Below, piece after piece: positions 17,914 to 24,565 of a DNA stretch of 28,126 bases; position 1 is the first letter of the stretch, and every line of letters starts with the position of its first letter. Position numbers and translations under genes: made by a program. The DNA comes from a bacterium (GTDB lineage: Bacteria > Patescibacteriota > Minisyncoccia > Phycocordibacterales > Phycocordibacteraceae). Under the pieces are notes generated by a model. That model was not told where the DNA came from. It ran no database searches and worked only from the letters and a program-made list of their open reading frames with translations. The DNA lies in assembly GCA_043806295.1 (NCBI GenBank), contig JAZDHA010000024.1:1-28126 (forward strand), read 5' to 3'.

Positions 17914-18323
17914 GGGGGTGACCGGCTTTGACGGTCTGTTCTTTGAAAGTCGTGCGACGCAGTGCACTTCCGTCCATCACTTAAAACTGACGGGAAATAA
18001 ACTTGCTAAGAACACTCTTGCAAGCGTAAAGTCGCCATACTTCGGTGTGCGTGATTTTGCGTTCGCGTACGCAGCGTAAGCTCGCCTGCGCGACATCTGT
18101 CTTCTACCGGCGCTCACAGCGCGAGGATGGGTGGAATCTTCTGTGAGATCGGTCCTTCGTTCTCCCGAACTCAGGATTTAAATAAGGGATCGGGCAGGAA
18201 TGGTTTCGTCCGCGTTCCTCGCATCCTGCTTTAAACCGCCATCCGGCGGATAACGCTGACTACGCGTCGTAGAAGCACTTTCAGAGATTGACTCGGACCG
18301 GGGTTCGATTCCCCGCGCCTCCA
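17914..18323 (+). ncRNA. ssrA: tmRNA (one-piece, about 410 nt)
   Basis: 5' GGGGGTG pairs with 3' CGCCTCC-A with the G3:U70 alanine identity pair; T-arm CGGGG-TTCGATT-CCCCG; tag ORF at 18005-18079 ending AYAA-stop; follows smpB. Confidence 0.95.
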
Positions 18324-18421
18324 CTCGACTCGCTTCGCTCGCTCGTGGTAAACCACCTCGATTCGTTAAAACTACGCACTGCACAAATTGGCATTTTAGT
18401 GTTATGATATAACACTCAGTT

Positions 18422-20353
18422 ATGGCAACCACACCGACTAAAAAACCCCTGCCTGCCGGCAGGCAGGGAAGGAAACCAGCGCCAAAACGGCGCGGGTGGC
18501 GCGCGCTCTTTGGCGGGCCGTCTTTCTTCGGCAATCTTGTCACCACTATTCTTGTCTTCCTTTTCCTCATGAGCGCGTATTCGCTCGTCTCTGGTTTTAT
18601 CCAACCAAGTAACGACATCCCACTTTCAACCGTTGCAGCCGATGTTGAGGCAGGAAAAGTGGAGGCGATTACAGTAAACGGCGATTTGCTGAGTATCGTC
18701 TACATCGACGGATCTGACAAAACATCGCGTAAGGATCCTTCGGCCGGACTTCCAGAAACACTCGCGACATATGGAATCACACCAAGCGAACTTGCGAAGA
18801 TTTCGATTACGATGCAGGGACAATCAGGATTGCAATTCTGGTTTCTCACACTTGCGCCGATTATTTTGCCGCTTCTTTTTATTGCATTTATTTTCTGGTT
18901 TCTATCACGGCAGGTGCGTGGAGCTGGTATGCAGGCATTCAGTTTTGGCCAATCAAAAGCACGAGTCATTGATCCCGCCGATTCTTCTCAGCGCGTGACT
19001 TTTGCCGATGTTGCCGGCGCGCGCGAAGCAAAGGAAGAACTTCTTGAAATTGTGGATTTTCTAAAGAGTCCGAAAAAATTCTTGGACATTGGCGCTCGGA
19101 TTCCGAAGGGCATAATTCTTATGGGCGCACCCGGCACAGGGAAAACGCTTCTTGCTCGTGCGGTCGCCGGCGAAGCAGGAGTCCCATTCTTTTCTATTTC
19201 TGGTTCTGAGTTTGTTGAAATGTTTGTTGGCGTTGGAGCAAGTCGTGTACGCGATCTTTTCCAAATGGCGAAGAAGGCCGCACCTGCGATTATTTTTGTT
19301 GATGAGCTTGATGCTGTCGGCCGTGTACGCGGCACCGGTGTAGGTGGTGGTAATGATGAACGAGAACAAACACTCAATCAGATTCTAGTTGAAATGGATG
19401 GCTTTGAACCGACTGAAAAGGTTGTAGTAATGGCGGCAACCAACAGACCAGATGTGCTTGATTCCGCACTGCTTCGTCCAGGTCGTTTTGATCGCCGTGT
19501 GACCATTGATCTTCCAGACCGCCGTGATCGCGAAGAAATTCTGCAGATTCATGCGAGAAAAAAGCCGCTTGGACCGGATGTTAATCTTGCCATTATTGCA
19601 GAGCGCACATCTGGTTTCTCTGGAGCCGAACTTTATTCGCTTATGAATGAAGGAGCAATTTTAGCCGCGCGCGAAAATCGAAAAGAGGTAACTCAATATG
19701 ATCTCGTTCGTTCAATAGAAAAAGTGATGCTCGGTCCTGAACGCAAGAGCCACCTGTTGTCAAAAAAAGAAAAGGAACTTACGGCATATCACGAAGCCGG
19801 TCATGCTCTTGTTTCTTCGGTGCTTGATTATGCCGATCCAGTACATAAAATTTCAATCATAAGTCGTGGCCGTGCGGCTGGTTATACACTCAAACTTCCG
19901 TTTGAAGACAAAAAGATGTTCACAAGAAAACAATTTCTTGACGATATCGCCGCAACTCTCGGCGGTTATGTGGCGGAAGAAATGCTTTTTGATGATGTTT
20001 CAACTGGACCGAGCAATGACTTAAATGTCATTACAGCGATTGCACGCGATATGGTCATACGATATGGTATGAGCGAAAAATTGGGACCTATTGCGTTCGG
20101 CGAACGGCAACTTGGAAACGAGCCGTATTCAGAACAAGTTGCGGCAAAAATTGATGCCGAAGTAACGCGCATTATTGACGAAGCAAAAGCACGCGCAGAA
20201 AAAGTCATTAACGAAAGACGCACTGCACTTGATGCGATTGCAAAGGAACTCATTGAAAAAGAGACGATTGAACGAACTGAATTTGAGAAAATTTTGATTG
20301 CTAACGGCATCACACCCAAAAAGCGCGAAGAAGAGAACATCGTCACAGCATAA
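18422..20353 (+). CDS. ftsH: ATP-dependent zinc metalloprotease FtsH
   Basis: Two TM helices, [29 protein letters not shown] zinc motif. Confidence 0.98.
   Translation: MATTPTKKPLPAGRQGRKPAPKRRGWRALFGGPSFFGNLVTTILVFLFLMSAYSLVSGFIQPSNDIPLSTVAADVEAGKVEAITVNGDLLSIVYIDGSDKTSRKDPSAGLPETLATYGITPSELAKISITMQGQSGLQFWFLTLAPIILPLLFIAFIFWFLSRQVRGAGMQAFSFGQSKARVIDPADSSQRVTFADVAGAREAKEELLEIVDFLKSPKKFLDIGARIPKGIILMGAPGTGKTLLARAVAGEAGVPFFSISGSEFVEMFVGVGASRVRDLFQMAKKAAPAIIFVDELDAVGRVRGTGVGGGNDEREQTLNQILVEMDGFEPTEKVVVMAATNRPDVLDSALLRPGRFDRRVTIDLPDRRDREEILQIHARKKPLGPDVNLAIIAERTSGFSGAELYSLMNEGAILAARENRKEVTQYDLVRSIEKVMLGPERKSHLLSKKEKELTAYHEAGHALVSSVLDYADPVHKISIISRGRAAGYTLKLPFEDKKMFTRKQFLDDIAATLGGYVAEEMLFDDVSTGPSNDLNVITAIARDMVIRYGMSEKLGPIAFGERQLGNEPYSEQVAAKIDAEVTRIIDEAKARAEKVINERRTALDAIAKELIEKETIERTEFEKILIANGITPKKREEENIVTA
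18447..18468. repeat. In-frame palindromic element, family B (22-bp perfect palindrome) in ftsH
   Basis: CCCTGCCTGCCGGCAGGCAGGG; encodes PLPAGRQG. Confidence 0.92.
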
Positions 20354-20420
20354 GTTTTCCACAGACCAATTCTCGACCTACTGAATGCAGGTTGTATACT
20401 TGGTATATAAAGGTTCACTT

Positions 20421-21113
20421 ATGGCACTTCGCAAAAAGAAAGCAGAAGCAATCAGAATGCGCAAGGATGGCGCGAGCTATAGCCAGATAAAAGCAAAGAT
20501 TAAAGTGAGCAAAAGTTCGTTAAGCTTGTGGTTGCATGATAGGCCACTTTCTGAAAAGCGATTGCGCGAACTCCGTGATTGGAATGCTGTTCGTATCGAG
20601 CGATTCCAAAATACTATGCGTCATAAGCGTGAGGACAGATGGTCAGAAGTTCGGAAACGCGCGGGAAAAGATATTGGAAAATTAAACAAAAGAGAACTTC
20701 TTATTGCAGGACTCTTTCTCTATTGGGGCGAAGGGGGAAAGACAATGCTTACTTCTGTCTCAGTTTCAAATACTGATCCAGCAATGCTCCGTTTCTTCAT
20801 TTACTGGTTGCAAGCGCTTGGTGTTTCGAAAAGTCGTCTTCGTGTCCACGTGCATTTATATGCTGACATGAATATCAAAACGGAATTACATTATTGGTCA
20901 AAAGTTCTTGATTTACCCCTGACTTCATTTACGAAACCTTATATAAAAAGTTCCAATCGAATCGGGCTTTCTTACAAACAGAAATTTACGCACGGCACCT
21001 GTAATGTGCTCTATCACAACCGCGATATATCAGAGTACGTTCTTATGGCACTTGACTGCATTCGTGATGAATTTGCTCCAAGGGACAAGAAAGGTATAGT
21101 ATTAGACGAGTAA
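20421..21113 (+). CDS. Hypothetical protein: N-terminal HTH plus a LAGLIDADG-like domain; ORF open from 20385
   Basis: AIRMRKDGASYSQIKAKIKVSKSSLSLWL is HTH-like. LIAGLFLYWGEGGK followed by VSVSNTDPAMLRFF resembles the LAGLIDADG helix and strand pattern. Confidence 0.65.
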   Translation: MALRKKKAEAIRMRKDGASYSQIKAKIKVSKSSLSLWLHDRPLSEKRLRELRDWNAVRIERFQNTMRHKREDRWSEVRKRAGKDIGKLNKRELLIAGLFLYWGEGGKTMLTSVSVSNTDPAMLRFFIYWLQALGVSKSRLRVHVHLYADMNIKTELHYWSKVLDLPLTSFTKPYIKSSNRIGLSYKQKFTHGTCNVLYHNRDISEYVLMALDCIRDEFAPRDKKGIVLDE

Positions 21114-21114
21114 T

Positions 21115-21186
21115 ACGCCCATAGCTCAATGGTAGAGCAAACGACTTATACTCGTTACGTTGGGGGTTCGAGTCCCTCTGGGCGTA
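21115..21186 (+). tRNA. tRNA-Ile (UAU)
   Basis: Full cloverleaf; anticodon loop CT-TAT-AC (TAT at 21147-21149); Ile identity features A73, C4:G69, U12:A23 and C29:G41. Confidence 0.93.
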
Positions 21187-21210
21187 CAAATCTCTTATTC
21201 CAAATGTCGT

Positions 21211-21243
21211 AAAATAAAAAACCACCCAGATGAAACTGGGTGG
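21211..21243 (-). terminator. Intrinsic terminator of the CitX-like gene
   Basis: CCACCCAG-N6-CTGGGTGG 8-bp stem followed by a T-rich run on the minus strand, just past the stop codon. Confidence 0.8.
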
Positions 21244-21247
21244 CGAA

Positions 21248-21658
21248 TTAGAAGAACAACTCTTCAAAAAATATGTGTCTGCTCACCTTATACAACTGCT
21301 TCTCTCTCCGATAAAAAACATGAACGTCAATGTCCGCCACGCGTTCTCCCCGGCTGTTTAATTCCAATGCCATGCAAATCCGCTTAAGATCTAGGGGGCG
21401 CATGAGAGTCATTGTCAACTCAAATCCGGGCATTTCCCGCACAATTTTGCCGCGCTTCCATTCGTCATTTCTAAATTGTTTCAACGAATAAAGTTGGACA
21501 TGAGGGAACAAACTTTTTATCCGATGATATGTTCGGACCATTAGAGGAACTAGTGTCCAGGTACTGTGTTGGGTTGTTAAGAAAGTAAGACAAATAACCT
21601 CATTAATAGCGGTCCTAAGTTGCTTCTTGTTTTCCCAAAGAACAATTTCTCCTTTCAT
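21248..21658 (-). CDS. CitX-like (phosphoribosyl-dephospho-CoA transferase core) protein
   Basis: G.E..DLK..LE..R..DIDV..SR pattern, as I recall it from CitX; SD AAGGAGGTG at 21665-21673; extended -10 TGgTATATT at 21704-21712. Confidence 0.62.
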   Translation of the reverse strand: MKGEIVLWENKKQLRTAINEVICLTFLTTQHSTWTLVPLMVRTYHRIKSLFPHVQLYSLKQFRNDEWKRGKIVREMPGFELTMTLMRPLDLKRICMALELNSRGERVADIDVHVFYRREKQLYKVSRHIFFEELFF

Positions 21659-21715
21659 CTTTCACACCTCCTTTTTGTTCGGTGAACTCGCAATACCGCG
21701 GTTAATATACCACAT

Positions 21716-23923
21716 TTATTCCAGATGCATTTCTTTGTCGGCAGTATGGGCGCGAAGGGAGAGGGCGGGGTAGTTTTTTAATTCGGGGTCGGCGGCAACT
21801 AAAGCCGCCGCTTCAGTGCGGGCGGCTTCTACCAATTTAATGTTCTTCAATGCTTCCATAGCGATGTCAGAAACACCCCACTGTTTGCCGCCAGCGAGTT
21901 CGCCCGCGCCGCGGAGCGCGAGATCATATTCAGCGAGTTCAAAGCCGTTCTTCGCATTTAAGAATGCCTTCATGCGATCTCGCGTTGTTTCGCCAGACGA
22001 TTCGGGAAGTGCAAAGCAATATGACTGATGCGTAGAACGAATTACGCGCCCGCGAAGCTGATGAAGTTGTGCGAGTCCAAATCGTTCTGCTCCTTCAATA
22101 AGAATTACTGTTGCATTCGGTACATTCACACCTACTTCAACAACAGAAGTCGCTACGAGGATATTTATCTCACCACTCTCATATTTTTTCATTGTTTTTT
22201 CTTTTTCTGCAGGAGTCATTTTGCTGTGCAATATGCCTATCTCTGCTTCAAGAAAAACATCTTTTTTCAGTCGAGCGGCTTCTGTTTTAACTGATTTTGC
22301 TATTAGAGCGAGTTCTTTTGCCGGATCCGGCTCGTCTATTCTTGGGCAAATAACATACGCTTGATGCCCGAGCGAGAGTTCGGCACGAACGCGCTCATAC
22401 GCGCGTTCGCGTTCTTTTTTGCCGAGTACCTCGGTAATTACTTTTTTGCGGCCGGCCGGCATTTCATCAAGCAACGAAAGATCCAAGTCGCCATAAAGCG
22501 TGAGCGCGAGCGTGCGCGGGATAGGCGTTGCGGTCATCGACAATAGGTGGGGAGCGACCGCATCTTTCGTCACGATTTTCTGCCGGTGCATTGTGCCGAA
22601 ACGGTGTTGTTCATCGATAATAGCGTACGCGAGATATTTAAATGAAAGTGATTTTTCAATGAGTGCATGAGTACCGATGACAATCGGAATCTCTCCATTT
22701 GCTATCATCTTTTTGAATGCCGCTTTGGAAAGTTTCGCGGAGTCCTCATAGCGAACGCGAGAAGGGAACTTTCTACATTCGCTGCCAGTGATAAGACCGA
22801 TGGGAATCGGATGGTCCTTAAAATAAGAAACAAATGTAGAAAAATGTTGTTTCGCGAGTACCTCGGTCGGGCAGAGATAAGCGACTTGGAGTGTTCCGGC
22901 AATTCTTCCCGACGGGAGCGAAGTAGCGACAAGATACGCAGTTGCGGCGGCGACCGCGGTCTTTCCGCTCCCGACATCGCCTTCAAGAAGGCGCATCATT
23001 GGATGCGGTTTCTTGAAGTCAGAGACAATAGTGTCGATTGCTTGTGTCTGTGCGGTAGTTGGAGGGAAGGGGAATGATGCAATAAAATCGGCAAGTTTTT
23101 GATGATCGACTGAGACAGACAATGCCTTTTCAGCGCGAAGCGCGCGACGGCGTTGTTGCATCACAATCTGAAGTGCGAAAATTTCTTCAAAGGAAAATCT
23201 CTTGCGTGCTGCAGTTGCATCAGAAAGTTTTTGTGGCGCATGAATGAAAATGAGTGCAGAAGAAAGCGAAGGCAGATTGTATCGTGCTAGAATCTCTGAC
23301 GGAATAGGGTCTTCTATATTTTCATGCACTCCTGTCTCGAACGCTCTTTTCAGAGCGTGCAAGAACCAGAGTGACGAAATACCCTGACTCTCGGGATACA
23401 CTGGAAACAACTCGGTGTCGAACTTGGACATCCGATGTCCAAGTTTCTGAACTTGGACATCCGATGTCCTAACTTCGGGATTGAATAACGATTTAACTAC
23501 GGAGTCAGGAGCAATGGGTGACTTATCAATCGCTGGATTTGCCAAGTATATTTTCGTTCCTGCTCCCGCCACCTTTCCGCTTACTTTAACCACCATTCCG
23601 TCGTGCAATGTCTTCGCGATGTATGGCTGGCTGAACCACATCATTTTTATTTTCCCCGATGCGTCTTCAAGCCACGCTTCTGCAATCGGTCTACGGCTTT
23701 TCCATGTCTTCCTTATGTCTGGCTTGCGCACGGTGCCATAGAGCGTTACCTCGGCTCCGGCCGAAATTCCAGCAATAGTTCCAGCTGCACCAGCTTGTTC
23801 ATATCGAGCTGGAAAATGATAGAGCAAATCGCGAATTGTTCGTATTCCTAACTTATGCAACGCCCGCTTCTGCTCGGGCTTCAATCGCGTGAAGTGCTTT
23901 TCAATCAGATCATTAGGATTCAT
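21716..23923 (-). CDS. recG: ATP-dependent DNA helicase RecG
   Basis: TIRDLLYHFPARY, wedge/OB domain, LLEGDVGSGKT, IIDEQHRFG, MTATPIPRTL, QLHQLRGRV, DL.LRG.GE. Confidence 0.98.
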   Translation of the reverse strand: MNPNDLIEKHFTRLKPEQKRALHKLGIRTIRDLLYHFPARYEQAGAAGTIAGISAGAEVTLYGTVRKPDIRKTWKSRRPIAEAWLEDASGKIKMMWFSQPYIAKTLHDGMVVKVSGKVAGAGTKIYLANPAIDKSPIAPDSVVKSLFNPEVRTSDVQVQKLGHRMSKFDTELFPVYPESQGISSLWFLHALKRAFETGVHENIEDPIPSEILARYNLPSLSSALIFIHAPQKLSDATAARKRFSFEEIFALQIVMQQRRRALRAEKALSVSVDHQKLADFIASFPFPPTTAQTQAIDTIVSDFKKPHPMMRLLEGDVGSGKTAVAAATAYLVATSLPSGRIAGTLQVAYLCPTEVLAKQHFSTFVSYFKDHPIPIGLITGSECRKFPSRVRYEDSAKLSKAAFKKMIANGEIPIVIGTHALIEKSLSFKYLAYAIIDEQHRFGTMHRQKIVTKDAVAPHLLSMTATPIPRTLALTLYGDLDLSLLDEMPAGRKKVITEVLGKKERERAYERVRAELSLGHQAYVICPRIDEPDPAKELALIAKSVKTEAARLKKDVFLEAEIGILHSKMTPAEKEKTMKKYESGEINILVATSVVEVGVNVPNATVILIEGAERFGLAQLHQLRGRVIRSTHQSYCFALPESSGETTRDRMKAFLNAKNGFELAEYDLALRGAGELAGGKQWGVSDIAMEALKNIKLVEAARTEAAALVAADPELKNYPALSLRAHTADKEMHLE
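23420..23475. repeat. Two tandem in-frame palindromic elements, family A, in recG
   Basis: GAACTTGGACATCCGATGTCC at 23420-23440 and 23449-23469 (29-nt period); 23421-23445 is a 12-bp-arm palindrome; encodes EVRTSDVQVQKLGHRMSKF. Confidence 0.92.
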
Positions 23924-24009
23924 AGCTGTTTATTATACGCTTTACTATTTGCCACACGCCTGCATTTGTATTGTATACAAAAAAGTAGAATATGATACAA
24001 TACTCTTGT

Positions 24010-24261
24010 ATGAGACGATTACTGAAGGGGAAAACAAACTACTCGTATCAGATTATCCTTCGACCTGAACCGGAGGGTGGCTATACAGTTATAGTGCCTT
24101 CTTTACCTGGATGTATCACCTATGGCAAAACGGTAGAACAGGCACACCGAATGGCAGAAGACGCGATAACAGGATACCTAGAAAGCATGGAGAAGGAGGG
24201 TGAGTCCGCACCAATAACTGATTACGGAAACATCATAGCGACAGCGACAGTTGCAATTTAA
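24010..24261 (+). CDS. hicB: HicB-family antitoxin (short form); ORF open from 23992
   Basis: YQIILRPEPEGGYTVIVPSLPGCITYGKTVEQA..MAEDAI..YLE; TGaTACAAT ends 8 nt before ATG 24010. Confidence 0.9.
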   Translation: MRRLLKGKTNYSYQIILRPEPEGGYTVIVPSLPGCITYGKTVEQAHRMAEDAITGYLESMEKEGESAPITDYGNIIATATVAI

Positions 24262-24268
24262 TTCTCAC

Positions 24269-24478
24269 ATGCCGAAACTTTCTGCGCGTACTGGCAAACA
24301 GGTGGCGCGAATTCTGCAGGCACACGGCTTTGTCCTTGATCACATAACGGGAAGCCATCATATTTTCGTACATGAAAATGGAAAGCGTATTTCCATACCG
24401 GTACATAATCGTGATTTGCCGAAAGGAACATTGCACGAAATATTGAAACAAGCTGGAATACATCCTAACGAGATTTAA
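24269..24478 (+). CDS. hicA: HicA-family mRNA interferase toxin
   Basis: GF......GSHHIF......ISIPVH..DLPKGTL..ILKQAG with the catalytic His in GSH. Confidence 0.92.
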   Translation: MPKLSARTGKQVARILQAHGFVLDHITGSHHIFVHENGKRISIPVHNRDLPKGTLHEILKQAGIHPNEI

Positions 24479-24509
24479 ATCGTAACCGTTCGCTATCCAC
24501 TGTGCGCCT

Positions 24510-24536
24510 TTTACTTTTCGGGGGGGGTTGTATGAT
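24510..24536 (+). promoter_or_regulatory. Candidate promoter with a G8 tract in the spacer, upstream of the surface-protein gene
   Basis: TTTACT (24510-24515), 15-nt spacer containing G8 (24520-24527), TATGAT (24531-24536). Confidence 0.45.
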
Positions 24537-24565
24537 GTATGTATTATAAAAATTTATCAATTCTC

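Noticed and set aside
18324-18421. Integrated element at the tmRNA 3' end
   Set aside because: No integrase and no duplicated tmRNA or tRNA 3' end in the window; ftsH follows within 100 nt.
18178-18618. 146-aa minus-strand ORF
   Set aside because: It is antisense to tmRNA and the start of ftsH and has no recognisable motif.
20085-20140. Short loop in the FtsH protease domain ([13 protein letters not shown])
   Set aside because: This region varies in length among FtsH proteins, and all catalytic motifs are intact.
21043-21387. Short ORFs spanning the tRNA-Ile region
   Set aside because: They overlap a complete tRNA cloverleaf, a terminator and the CitX-like gene.
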